64,000 bases of DNA from IMG/VR virus record IMGVR_UViG_3300009709_000020, positions 1-64,000 of that record, one strand, 5' to 3'. Shown one piece after another: positions 9,231 through 19,229 of the stretch (its first letter is position 1; every line of letters starts with the position of its first letter). This DNA is from a virus. A program made the translations under genes and the position numbers. The notes below the pieces were generated by a model. That model ran no database searches. It was not told the DNA's origin and saw only the letters and a list, made by a program, of their open reading frames with translations.

Positions 9231-10427
9231 TTATTGGAAAGATAGATTTGAAATGCTAATTGAAGCAAGATAGTCTGCGCTGTTTCCGAATGAAGAAGCG
9301 CTGTTAGTTAGTTCTACGTAACCATAACGTGTCATGAAGTTAACTACTGGTTCGAATGTGCTAGGATCCAAGACCACGCCTGAAGACATCAGGGGAATGT
9401 ATGGACAATAGAAAGCAGCAGCATCAGTTTCTGAAGAACCCTTGTAACCAACTAGTACAGGAGTAGCATCATTGGCGTAGCTGTTTACGAATACGCGCAT
9501 TGCACCGTTTAGAGTACCAACAAACTTGGTGTTAGTTGGAGCTTCAAAAGTACCTTCAGTTGTACGAGCAAAAGCTGAAGTTGTAGCAGATTGCAGAACA
9601 GTTAGAGCAGCAGAAGAAACAACCGCCCAGTTACCAGCACCACGACGAGTACGTTGGGCGATCAAGTTAGCTGCGCGGTTGATTAGAACTGCTAGGGCAG
9701 CATGTTCATCACCAACGTAAGTAGCAGTACCTGAAACAGTAGCTTGGTTGTAAGCAAATTCGGTTGAAGCTAGAGTTGACAATGAAAGTAGAATTTCTTG
9801 GTCAATTTCAGCAGTGATTTCTTGTGCAAGTGCTGCCATGATTTCTGCTTCAACGTCAATGCCGTGTTGTGATTGAGCATCTTGAGCAGCTTCAAAAGTC
9901 CAACGAGCTTGTAGCTTACGTGACTTGGCTTCTACGGCTTGACGTAGAATTTGCACGGACATTTGCTTACCACCATTGCCTTCTAGAGCAGCAGTGCTTG
10001 CACCACTGTAATAGTTGGCAGTTGTGTCGCCTGAAGCTGCACGAGAGTAAGCTTGGGCGATCTTGAATGGGCTTAGAGCTTCTTCGCCTGCAGTTACTGA
10101 TGTGGCAGCAGCAGAGTTGTCGGTTAGTGAGTTAGCATAACGAACACGTAGAGTATGAATTTGACCTACGGGACCAGTCATTGGCTGAACACCTACTAGT
10201 TCGTTGGCAATAACAGTAGGCATAACACGACGAATAACGGGTAGAATTACGCGGTTTAGTGTAGCAATGTTGCCAGCGGTAGTAGTACCGGCTGAACTTT
10301 CAGCAAGTAGTTGTTTACGGGTGTTTTCTAGAATGACGCCCATGTTTGTTTTCTTTGTTCCGGTTAGACCTTCTAGCAGGGCGTCTTTAGCTTCCGGCCA
10401 ACGATTTTCTAGTAATACTTTAGACAT
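9231..10427 (-). CDS. gp23: Major capsid protein, T4 gp23-like
   Basis: VGVQPMTGPVG, AKSRKLQARWT, EIDQEI, FYCPYIPL, FMTRYG. Confidence 0.97.
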   Translation of the reverse strand: MSKVLLENRWPEAKDALLEGLTGTKKTNMGVILENTRKQLLAESSAGTTTAGNIATLNRVILPVIRRVMPTVIANELVGVQPMTGPVGQIHTLRVRYANSLTDNSAAATSVTAGEEALSPFKIAQAYSRAASGDTTANYYSGASTAALEGNGGKQMSVQILRQAVEAKSRKLQARWTFEAAQDAQSQHGIDVEAEIMAALAQEITAEIDQEILLSLSTLASTEFAYNQATVSGTATYVGDEHAALAVLINRAANLIAQRTRRGAGNWAVVSSAALTVLQSATTSAFARTTEGTFEAPTNTKFVGTLNGAMRVFVNSYANDATPVLVGYKGSSETDAAAFYCPYIPLMSSGVVLDPSTFEPVVNFMTRYGYVELTNSASSFGNSADYLASISISNLSFQ

Positions 10428-10451
10428 TTAATATTCTCCTAATTATGTCTT

Positions 10452-11537
10452 TTAGAGCCCTGCCAGTCGCTTAATATCGATGACATTATCATCCATTTCA
10501 TCGATGATAGGCTTAGTGGCAGTTTTATCTCCAGTAACTTCTCTTGTTTCGGCAATCATTTTTTTCTTTTGAGAACCATTATTGAGAACTGCTGGCAGAT
10601 ATTTGTCGAAAGCAGCCTTTAACTTTCCAGTTTGGGTGCTTTCAAGTAGAGTTTTCATTACTTCGGCTTTTTCTTTGTTCAACGGAGCTAGAAGTACTTC
10701 TAGTTCTTTATTTCGAACAGTTGATTCCTTAATAATTCTTACTTCACGTTCTTTTGATTCAAGTAATCGTTTTGCATTTGCCAATTCTTGTTTTGATTCG
10801 GCTAATTGACGATCCTTGACATTTAATGTTTTAACCAATTTACGAGTTTCAGCTTTTTCATTTACAAAACTAGTAGAAAATTCACTTGCATATGCTTCGT
10901 AAATTTTTCTTCCGAATTCGCTTTTTCTCGAAAGGGCAATATCTTCTTTAAGTTGTGAAATCTCTCTAGTAAGATGATTTGATACAGCTTTTGCAACTTT
11001 CTTGGCATTTTCAGCAACAAATTGTTTTTTCAATTTTTCAATTTCATTGCGGCCTTCAGCAACTAGTTTAACCTTTGCTTCCACTACTGCATTTCTATCA
11101 GAAGAGAATTCTTTGATTTCATTTGCAAGAGCTTTAACAATAAACTTGTTTAGTTTTTCTTGGTTTTCTAATTGTAGTTGACGATCTTTTCTTACTTCTC
11201 TAATTTCTTCAGCTAGTTTAGTAATCATAAAATCGTTAAATTTAGTTGCATTTTCTCTGAGTTTTACTTGTGCGTTAACTCGATCTTCGTGGATCTTTTG
11301 ACGATCTGCATGAAATTCTCTGATTTCATTTTCCAGATTATCAGACATCATTTTATCTAGAGCTTCGACCATCACAAAACGATCATGTTCATATTTGTCA
11401 GCAAATTCAGCGCGCATTTCAGAGCGGACTTGTTCTTTAGCCTCATTAAGTTGTGATTCCCAAGCTTCATTAATTTGAAGTTTGATATTTTCGTTAATAA
11501 GACCGCTTTCAAATAGTGGATTAAGTGCATCTAGCAT
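10452..11537 (-). CDS. gp22: Prohead core scaffold protein, gp22-like
   Basis: Long charged coiled coil between protease and capsid genes. Confidence 0.8.
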   Translation of the reverse strand: MLDALNPLFESGLINENIKLQINEAWESQLNEAKEQVRSEMRAEFADKYEHDRFVMVEALDKMMSDNLENEIREFHADRQKIHEDRVNAQVKLRENATKFNDFMITKLAEEIREVRKDRQLQLENQEKLNKFIVKALANEIKEFSSDRNAVVEAKVKLVAEGRNEIEKLKKQFVAENAKKVAKAVSNHLTREISQLKEDIALSRKSEFGRKIYEAYASEFSTSFVNEKAETRKLVKTLNVKDRQLAESKQELANAKRLLESKEREVRIIKESTVRNKELEVLLAPLNKEKAEVMKTLLESTQTGKLKAAFDKYLPAVLNNGSQKKKMIAETREVTGDKTATKPIIDEMDDNVIDIKRLAGL

Positions 11538-11548
11538 TTGTTAATTCC

Positions 11549-12187
11549 TTATAACTTAAGGTCTTTGATGAAGCGTAATACTTCTTCACCGACATATTTT
11601 TGGAACGCTACATTACTTTGTGCATCTTGTGCCATTTCAATCAGCTTGTGCCCATGTTTCATGTTTAACAATGATTCATAGAGTGGGGCTGGGCGGGCAT
11701 CTGGTGCGCTCGGTTGTGCAACGATATCTACGGTAATAATTTCAAAATCACTGACTCTACCGGAGTAATCATCAACGTTACCACTTCCTCTAGAAGAAAC
11801 TCCTAGATTTACTCCAGTTTCTATCATCGCTTTCGCAATATCTCCCATTGGAGTAGGAAGAATTCTTAATTTCCCGATTCCATTAGTACCATCCATCCAC
11901 ATTTTTTTAATATCATGTGTAACTCGATCTAAATTAATTTTTAAATCTGCGGGATGATCTAATTCTCCTAGAATAGGAATATTATTTGAAATTTGTTCAT
12001 TAAGGGTATTGACTGCTTTTCTAATTTCGTGCAGAGGATAAACTCTTCCGTTATGATTTTTTAAATCAGCTTGAATAAAAATACCTTCTAAATATAGATT
12101 CTTTACTTTATTTCCAAATGGATCGGTGTCATCTTCTAATAGACAACGGGTAGATGCACCTGGGTTAAAGTATTCTTGCAGAATCAT
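11549..12187 (-). CDS. gp21: Prohead protease, gp21-like
   Basis: EGIFIQAD.KNHNGRVYP, GELDHP, GVSSRGSG, DIVAQPSAPDA. Confidence 0.95.
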   Translation of the reverse strand: MILQEYFNPGASTRCLLEDDTDPFGNKVKNLYLEGIFIQADLKNHNGRVYPLHEIRKAVNTLNEQISNNIPILGELDHPADLKINLDRVTHDIKKMWMDGTNGIGKLRILPTPMGDIAKAMIETGVNLGVSSRGSGNVDDYSGRVSDFEIITVDIVAQPSAPDARPAPLYESLLNMKHGHKLIEMAQDAQSNVAFQKYVGEEVLRFIKDLKL

Positions 12188-12333
12188 ATTGTTTCCTTAA
12201 TGTGTAATTATTTATGAAGTAGTCAGGTTTGATCGTGTTTAAGAGTCATTTTTTAGCTTTTTGGTTGATTGGGAGATTTTACTCTCCCAATCTATTTTCT
12301 TAGAGCCAAGCCATTAACTCTTTGGATCTAAAA

Positions 12334-13212
12334 TTATTTGCGTTTTGGTGCCACTTTCTTTGAAGTCACTGTTGGATTACGCAATCTACGTGATTCTGCA
12401 ATGGGGCTCTTGGTGTTTTGACCATCGTCACCGTGCTTTGGCTTAGGAGCAGCACTTAGGTCTTGTGATTTTTTACCTGGAGCATTCTTGAATTGTCCTG
12501 CACCCTTGAGGTCTTTTGTGCTTGGAGCTGTACGACCTTTTTCATCAGTTGAACCGAAATTTACTGGCTTTGAGCCCATTCCTGCTTTACCTGAATTTGC
12601 TGCGACTGGGCTTTTCTTTTGCACGCCGTCATCACCGTGTGTTACCGATACTTTTTGTAATTGCACAGCTTCTGCTAATTCTTCCGAATCCTCTTCTGAT
12701 TCTTCTTCGAAATCGCCGTCATCATCTGAAAATTCTTCTTCTGAATGATCTTCAAAATCACCTTCATCGTCTGATCCAAAGTCATCGCCATCATCATCTT
12801 CGGCATTGCCGCCCATGATTTCTTCAAATTCTCTCATCAGTTGGTCTAGTTTGTCTTCGATGCGAATTACTGAATCTTCTAGTTCTTCTTCGCCTACTTC
12901 TTCATCACCGAAATCATTGTCTAAATCGTATTCTGCATCGGTATCAAAATCATCACCGAAATGATCTTCATCACCGAATTCTTCTTCTGAATCTTCGTAT
13001 TCGTCACCTTCGTCGCCTTCATAACCTGATTCTTCGGCGTCGATTTCATCAATGAGATCGCCTACTTGGCCGCCCATTTCTTCTTCTGCCATGATAGATT
13101 CAAAAATACCACGGGATTTTTCAATAACGATTTCGTGGAAAAGTGCATTTGCAGCAGCGTGATCTTCATTGATCACTAAATTCATAAGTTTTTCGTATTT
13201 CTTAATGTCCAT
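12334..13212 (-). CDS. Highly acidic prohead core-like protein
   Basis: D/E-rich low complexity, duplicated HGDDGxxxKSP(V/I)A motif, LAE/IAE sites, located between portal and protease. Confidence 0.65.
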   Translation of the reverse strand: MDIKKYEKLMNLVINEDHAAANALFHEIVIEKSRGIFESIMAEEEMGGQVGDLIDEIDAEESGYEGDEGDEYEDSEEEFGDEDHFGDDFDTDAEYDLDNDFGDEEVGEEELEDSVIRIEDKLDQLMREFEEIMGGNAEDDDGDDFGSDDEGDFEDHSEEEFSDDDGDFEEESEEDSEELAEAVQLQKVSVTHGDDGVQKKSPVAANSGKAGMGSKPVNFGSTDEKGRTAPSTKDLKGAGQFKNAPGKKSQDLSAAPKPKHGDDGQNTKSPIAESRRLRNPTVTSKKVAPKRK

Positions 13213-13322
13213 AAAAATTCTCCTAATAAGCTAATGGCTTTGTAGTAATACTTATAACCATCAGGAGAAATTGCTGTTTTAAGGCGTTATTTATTCAATT
13301 TTTAGTAATTAATTGGAGAGAA

Positions 13323-13562
13323 TTAAAATACTCCTGGCGCTGCACCTGCATCGCCTTCAGGTTGTGCACCATATTGAATGCGAACTTTATCCAAATACAA
13401 TTTATTTTCATATGCCCTAACATCCATCATTCGTCTTAATTTACGAATTTGCTGAAGAGTTAATTTGGTTTTTCTGGATGCCTTATACACAGGTTTACTG
13501 TTGTCATCAGACAGGTCCTGTAATCCGGAGATAGCTGGTGCAAAAAGTTCATTTAATAGCAT
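13323..13562 (-). CDS. Small head-module hypothetical protein
   Basis: 79 aa, MLLNELF start, TAAATA 5 nt upstream of ATG. Confidence 0.7.
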   Translation of the reverse strand: MLLNELFAPAISGLQDLSDDNSKPVYKASRKTKLTLQQIRKLRRMMDVRAYENKLYLDKVRIQYGAQPEGDAGAAPGVF

Positions 13563-13570
13563 AAATCTAT

Positions 13571-13936
13571 TTAATACCCATTTTTAAATTTGCACTTATC
13601 AAGTATTTCGTTTGTGACATATTTGCACGGAATAACTAATTTATTTTCACTTGCTGCCTTGGCGAGCCTATGTAATCCATCCAATACTACTAATTGACTT
13701 CTATTGTCTTCTACCAACCATGTCACTAGTATAGGAATGGTAGTATCGGCATTTTCAATACGGGTAGTTTCATTATATGGATCATCGAATTCGAATATCC
13801 ACACAAGTTGGTCTACCGGCACTTCATTATCTTCTATTTTGTCTACCAACCTAAACAATTTATTCAGGTTATATTTTTTACCATTGTGCGTAAAAATAGA
13901 TTCAGGTTCTTCTTGGTATACTTCGAATATTTTCAT
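13571..13936 (-). CDS. ParB/Srx-like N-terminal domain protein
   Basis: PILV...VVLDGLHRLAKA; likely true start MKIFEV at 13936, just after the portal stop (track start 14005 overlaps portal). Confidence 0.75.
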   Translation of the reverse strand: MKIFEVYQEEPESIFTHNGKKYNLNKLFRLVDKIEDNEVPVDQLVWIFEFDDPYNETTRIENADTTIPILVTWLVEDNRSQLVVLDGLHRLAKAASENKLVIPCKYVTNEILDKCKFKNGY

Positions 13937-13937
13937 G

Positions 13938-15710
13938 TTATATCTGCATCGGGCTTCCTGCAGCGCCTGCGGCGCCGACATCTCCTCCGGCATCAGGGGA
14001 TCCAACCGGACCTGCTATTTCAGGGGCCGCTTCTGTATCAGCAGACATATCTTCAATTTCCCCTGCTGTATCCATATCAGATGCGAAATCGCCCGAAGAA
14101 ATACCAATATTTCTTAAATCAGAGCCTTGCGGATCAGCAGTAACCTTATCTTTATTTTCTTCTTCCCACAGTTTTTCATTGCGTTTAATTTCTTCTTCTG
14201 ACATACCCATAAATCTTTCGAGTGCAAAACGCTTTGAAATATAAGGCAGTGCTTCCATAGTAGTAAATGTTCCTACTCTGCTTGAATCAAGTTCAGCTTG
14301 TCTGTATGAGGCAAAATTCTGAGGAGGATTGAAAGTAAGGTTAAACATATTGGTGTCAATGTTGAATCCTCTCCAGCGTAAGAATAGTTTAAATTCTTGA
14401 TCAAATGTCCTACCAACATAGTTTTGCAATCTAGTGCAGTATTGGTTGAACCGGAATTCCTGAATCATTGCAGTTCCCATTCTACCATCTGACATATTTA
14501 CCTGACTATCTTCTGGTCCAGTGGGAAGATAGGAAGAAGGGACCATTAAACCTCTAGCAAGTTTATTGTCAAAATACAATAGATCGTTTACTTCTCCTAA
14601 ATTACTACCGCCTGCCAACATCTCTACTGTTGAACCCCTGCCGTCCGCACTCACAGGGAAATAATAATCTTCGTTAGTTGATAAACTATTGTATGTTGCA
14701 TCAACAGGAGATCCTTGGCCTCCATTGTACGAAGGCATTCTTCTTTGGTGAACTTCGTTTTTTATTCGTTCGATGTATGACATTGCCATATGACTAGGCA
14801 TGTTACCGACATCAATTTTAAATACTCTTCGTTCAGGTGCTCTTGCAATGCGATAAATTAAAATAGCATCTTCTAACAATGACTTTTGTTTATATGTAAT
14901 AAACAATGGATCCAAAACAGAAACACCAAATGGCCAATAATTATCAAGTCCTTCAGTAAGTGATACGTGTACCACGTGTTTAGCATCAATTGCTGCTTCA
15001 CTTTGTCCAATAGTAAATCTTGAACCGGATGAACTATATGATGCTGAAGGGGCGGTATACATTGTATTTGTTCCGCCTCCAGTGCCTCCCATACCAGTAG
15101 CAGGATTAGTTGCTAAATCAGTCGTTGTTTTTTGTGCAGCAGATAGATTTTGTAAATTGATATTGATATCTTTGATTACGTACTGTTCTGGTTTCTTGCC
15201 TTCTGATTCATTGACAATTACTTTTATAACTTTAACCATGTCAATCCAAAACAATTTAAATGTTTCTGGATCACGAATGAATACCTGATCACCATATACC
15301 AATGTATTTCTAAAAATTTTAAATATTCTGGATTCAAATTCGTTTAATTTACACCATTGTTGCAATTGTTTTACTAATAATTCTACTTCATGTGGTGTAG
15401 GATCATCTTTAAATTCAAATTGAAATGGTGTCATATTATGTTCATTGCGTTGCGTAGAAAATTCAGATATGATATCAAGACAAGATGAAATACTTGGATC
15501 CATTTTCATGACATCCCATTGATTATATCTATCTGCTCTATTAGGATGGCCGACGTATACCTCTGGTAATCGTGCCATATAATTTCTGTATCCAAAATCA
15601 TTGGTATTATAATTATTTTCCGAATTATTCCATGCACCTGAATTGGAATTGAACCCTGATATAGGACTGGATGTGCCTGATCTATTTAAAAATTTTCTAG
15701 AATGAACCAT
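13938..15710 (-). CDS. gp20: Portal protein, gp20-like
   Basis: LLEDAILIYRIARAPERRVFKIDVGNMP, EDYYFP, GGSNLGEVNDLLYF. Confidence 0.97.
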   Translation of the reverse strand: MVHSRKFLNRSGTSSPISGFNSNSGAWNNSENNYNTNDFGYRNYMARLPEVYVGHPNRADRYNQWDVMKMDPSISSCLDIISEFSTQRNEHNMTPFQFEFKDDPTPHEVELLVKQLQQWCKLNEFESRIFKIFRNTLVYGDQVFIRDPETFKLFWIDMVKVIKVIVNESEGKKPEQYVIKDININLQNLSAAQKTTTDLATNPATGMGGTGGGTNTMYTAPSASYSSSGSRFTIGQSEAAIDAKHVVHVSLTEGLDNYWPFGVSVLDPLFITYKQKSLLEDAILIYRIARAPERRVFKIDVGNMPSHMAMSYIERIKNEVHQRRMPSYNGGQGSPVDATYNSLSTNEDYYFPVSADGRGSTVEMLAGGSNLGEVNDLLYFDNKLARGLMVPSSYLPTGPEDSQVNMSDGRMGTAMIQEFRFNQYCTRLQNYVGRTFDQEFKLFLRWRGFNIDTNMFNLTFNPPQNFASYRQAELDSSRVGTFTTMEALPYISKRFALERFMGMSEEEIKRNEKLWEEENKDKVTADPQGSDLRNIGISSGDFASDMDTAGEIEDMSADTEAAPEIAGPVGSPDAGGDVGAAGAAGSPMQI

Positions 15711-15721
15711 ATAACTACTTA

Positions 15722-18700
15722 TCAGTTAACTTTTCTTGCAATTTTTTTAGTATGATCATTGCCTGCACTTAACAAATCAATTACCTGATCTAATTTATAT
15801 TCGAGTGTACGATTATTAGTATGTCCTACATCTACCAATGCCTTTAATAATTTATCATTGTCTGTGCCAGTCGAGGAAGACGAATTATATGTTTGTTCAG
15901 GAGTTTTTGCTAATTTCATCAACATTGAATTTTGCACTAACGGTGCAACTATTTCAGTGCCGTGCAATTCTACTGGATAACCCGACTTTGGTCCAGTAAA
16001 TACACCGCCTTTTGCTGCTTTAAGTTCGAAATGTGGCAAATCATTTTTTACTGTTTGGAATAATCCATGCTTATTTAGGATGTCTATTGCACGAGAATCG
16101 CCTGCGATACCCTGTGCAATATCCACTGCAGTTCCTGCTTCATGATGACTTGTGCCTGGCCGGGCTGCCGGAAATCTTGATCGTCCACTAATATAATCAT
16201 TGTATAATTGCGTTTGTTTTTGAAATGTTCTCCAGCCGCTATTTAATGTGAGTTTTTTACCAGTAGCACTGTAATAATCTTGGGCGGCACCCAATAGGGC
16301 TGATTTAACTGCAGGATTTAGATTGTCAAAATTTGATTGTTGTCCGGATTCTCCTCCGAAATTTATAAATTTTGATACATCGGTCATGTTATTAAACGCA
16401 TTAGTGGTTGAATTTACTGCTCCAATCAATCCACCTGATGTGCCATTCGCCATACCGGCATTTTTTCTAATATAATTTACATAATCGTTTACCTGTTGTT
16501 GTGACACAACACTAGATTTTCCTTCAGCATTGCCGGTGAACCAGGTCTTTGCAACTGCATCTATATTTCCGCCGGATGCCTTGAGAATATCAGAAACTCT
16601 TGCATTTGCTACTTGGTCCTGGATCGATGCAGGAGCATTTGCAGCATGTTTATATTGTGTTCCTATTCCATATTTCTTTGTCAATGATTGCCAGGTAGAA
16701 TCAGTGAATTGATATGCTCCGGATGCCGAACTTGTTTTGTTGTTTATTGTGTAATCGCCGCCGGATTCATGTTGTCTTATTGCTGCTAGTATGGAATCTG
16801 TACTGGCATTGCCGGTACTGGATGTATTTTGTGGATTTGATCTATCTCCTCCCAAAGCAGTATTTAATTCTTGAATAAGTCCAGTGAATACCAACAGATT
16901 TTTGTTTGCCTTATCGACAGTCAATACATATTCATTTAAATTTTTATTATGTAATTTGTTACTATCTTCCTGATCATCTGCTATTTCTTTTTGACGTTGT
17001 GAAGTTGATTGAATTTGCCGATTTAATCTATCTTGATCCTGATTATTTTTTGCCTGCTTTGATGCACCAAATGCTTGCAATTGTTTTGTGTGTTCCAATA
17101 ACATTTGAGACTGCGTTGTCTGCTGTTTTGCCCTTGCAACAGGTGAAGAACCACTTGATCCTCCCCACAGGCCGCCCCAATTATCATATGCACCATATGC
17201 TCCACCCAAGATTCCGCCTGCAATGCCGCCAGCTGTTGTACCCAATATCGGAACAACTGATCCAATCGCGGCGCCCATTCCGGCGCCTTCAAGTGCATGT
17301 GAACCCAAGGATCCCCATGCACCTGCTTGTTGGTGACCATGAGCTTTGGCATAGTCAGATGCATAATCCCCTGCGACTCCTGCCAATCCAATGCCAGCGC
17401 CTGCACCTACTTTTATTAATTTTCCTGCAATACTTGTCGCTCCTGCAAGAGTCATTCCTGAACCAATTCCTCCTGCGCCTAAGCCCAACATTCTTGCGCC
17501 ACCAGCAACAGATGATACCGTAGAAATCGCAGACAATCCAAATAATGCAATAGCAGCAGCTTCGGCAGCATGTGTCAATTTGTCAGTAGATTTTGCAGTG
17601 CCCTCAAACATATCTGCCATATGAGTTGCAAAATAATCCAATCCATCGGTTACCTTAGGCAACACGTTAGATTGCAAAAATGTCTCATATGTTGCTTGCA
17701 ATCTCTTCTCTGCATTTACAATATCCGCAGTAGCTTGACCCAAAGGATCATTTGTTCCGGTTGAATTTGCTCTTGCGTTGAAAGCAGAATTTTCCGCTTT
17801 CTTCCTATCTTCATACGACATACCAGACAATTTATTTGCTTGCAATACAGCATCTGAATAAAGACCCAGACTGTTTAGCGTACCTTCATCTAGAAAATCG
17901 GTAGTTCTTCCTAATCCCGAAGCCATTCTACCCACAGAGTTGGTATATCCTTGAATAGTGTTAGATGCTAAATCAGCGCCTGATGCGCCATTTTGCAATT
18001 GTTTTCTAACATTGAATATTCCTGGCATACTAATGGCAAGACCGCTGGTGTATTCATCTGGAACGCCCTCTCTTGCCGCCCTTGCCGCTCTTAATCCAAA
18101 ATCAACACCAAACATTCCAGTAACTTGATCCATATAAAGTTTACGTTGTTTTTCTTGTTCTTGGAGATTATTTGCTTCGCTTGTATTTCCAGATCGGCGT
18201 AATTGGTTAATATGTTCTCTGGCTCTTGCTTCTGCCAATTGTTCTTGAATTTGTAGTTTTACAGTTTCTTGTTCTTTTTGGATTTGGTCTGCTTGTTTTC
18301 CGGTTAATCCAGTGAGCTTGATCAAACTTTCCGCATACGCAAGCGATTCTTTTTGTAGCGTTTTTACACTTTTACTTTGCAATTCCATCGAATTGCCACT
18401 GACCGATTGCATTTCGATATATTTTGCTTGCATATCAGTTAATTCTTCTGATTTTAAACCTAATTTACTAAACTTTGCGCGCGTTTCATCCGAAACTGCT
18501 GCCATTTTCATGAATTTTGTGGCGCCGTCACCAGCAGATGCACCCATTGTAATCAAATTTGTTCCTAGGCCAGCAGTAATCCTGGATAATTTTTCCATAT
18601 TTTGAAAATTGTATCCAGCGGCCTTTCCTAGTTCAGTAAGTTGTGTAGTTGTTATTGGCAACGCGCCTGCTGTTTTCGCCAAACCATCTCTAAAATCAAT

Positions 18701-19159
18701 GATGTTATCTGCTAGGCCCATCGCATCATTAGCAAGTTTGCTCATTACCTGGGCTGTTGCACCAATGGCAGCACCGAGCATACCATGATCTTTTGTCAAA
18801 TCTGATACAGTATCTGCTAGTTTATTAACAGCGCCCCCGTATTTGCTCATACCATTTTGTGCAGACATCATCGCTGATCCAAATGAACCAACTGTGCTTA
18901 CTAGACCATCTAATGCGCCGCCCAGACGTTGCATTTGTTGCATTGCTTGTTGTTGTTGAGATGTTGCTTTTGCCTGTGCTTCGGTTAATTTATTGGTACC
19001 TGTAGTGGCATTGGCAGTGGCCCGCGCATTATCTGATTGCGCCCTAGTTTGATTCTGTGTTGAATTGACAGAATTCGTCATATTGGAACTTACTTTAGAT
19101 AAAGTATCTGATAAATTCTTAAAATGTTCTTCTAATTCTCTTGCGACATCCGGATCCAT
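15722..19159 (-). CDS. Tape-measure-like protein with lytic transglycosylase-like and M15 peptidase domains
   Basis: Long A/Q/G-rich helical region, glycine zipper, ESGG..SASGAYQF, SGWRT..SHHEAGTAVDI..PHF, C-terminal GGVFTGPKSGYPVELHGTE. Confidence 0.8.
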   Translation of the reverse strand: MDPDVARELEEHFKNLSDTLSKVSSNMTNSVNSTQNQTRAQSDNARATANATTGTNKLTEAQAKATSQQQQAMQQMQRLGGALDGLVSTVGSFGSAMMSAQNGMSKYGGAVNKLADTVSDLTKDHGMLGAAIGATAQVMSKLANDAMGLADNIIDFRDGLAKTAGALPITTTQLTELGKAAGYNFQNMEKLSRITAGLGTNLITMGASAGDGATKFMKMAAVSDETRAKFSKLGLKSEELTDMQAKYIEMQSVSGNSMELQSKSVKTLQKESLAYAESLIKLTGLTGKQADQIQKEQETVKLQIQEQLAEARAREHINQLRRSGNTSEANNLQEQEKQRKLYMDQVTGMFGVDFGLRAARAAREGVPDEYTSGLAISMPGIFNVRKQLQNGASGADLASNTIQGYTNSVGRMASGLGRTTDFLDEGTLNSLGLYSDAVLQANKLSGMSYEDRKKAENSAFNARANSTGTNDPLGQATADIVNAEKRLQATYETFLQSNVLPKVTDGLDYFATHMADMFEGTAKSTDKLTHAAEAAAIALFGLSAISTVSSVAGGARMLGLGAGGIGSGMTLAGATSIAGKLIKVGAGAGIGLAGVAGDYASDYAKAHGHQQAGAWGSLGSHALEGAGMGAAIGSVVPILGTTAGGIAGGILGGAYGAYDNWGGLWGGSSGSSPVARAKQQTTQSQMLLEHTKQLQAFGASKQAKNNQDQDRLNRQIQSTSQRQKEIADDQEDSNKLHNKNLNEYVLTVDKANKNLLVFTGLIQELNTALGGDRSNPQNTSSTGNASTDSILAAIRQHESGGDYTINNKTSSASGAYQFTDSTWQSLTKKYGIGTQYKHAANAPASIQDQVANARVSDILKASGGNIDAVAKTWFTGNAEGKSSVVSQQQVNDYVNYIRKNAGMANGTSGGLIGAVNSTTNAFNNMTDVSKFINFGGESGQQSNFDNLNPAVKSALLGAAQDYYSATGKKLTLNSGWRTFQKQTQLYNDYISGRSRFPAARPGTSHHEAGTAVDIAQGIAGDSRAIDILNKHGLFQTVKNDLPHFELKAAKGGVFTGPKSGYPVELHGTEIVAPLVQNSMLMKLAKTPEQTYNSSSSTGTDNDKLLKALVDVGHTNNRTLEYKLDQVIDLLSAGNDHTKKIARKVN

Positions 19160-19196
19160 AGTATTCCCAAAACAAATATAGGCATTTTAAAACGCC

Positions 19197-19216
19197 TTAA
19201 ATATATGTATATTTAA
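19197..19216. promoter_or_regulatory. Dyad of late promoters serving divergent genes
   Basis: TTAAATATA-TG-TATATTTAA; TAAATA on plus at 19198-19203 and on minus at 19210-19215. Confidence 0.6.
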
Positions 19217-19229
19217 TAATGAGGAATTA

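Noticed and set aside
12309-13240. 9-nt complementarity (AAGCCATTA/TAATGGCTT) between the 5' and 3' flanks of the acidic head gene
   Set aside because: Too short to exclude chance, with no supporting covariation
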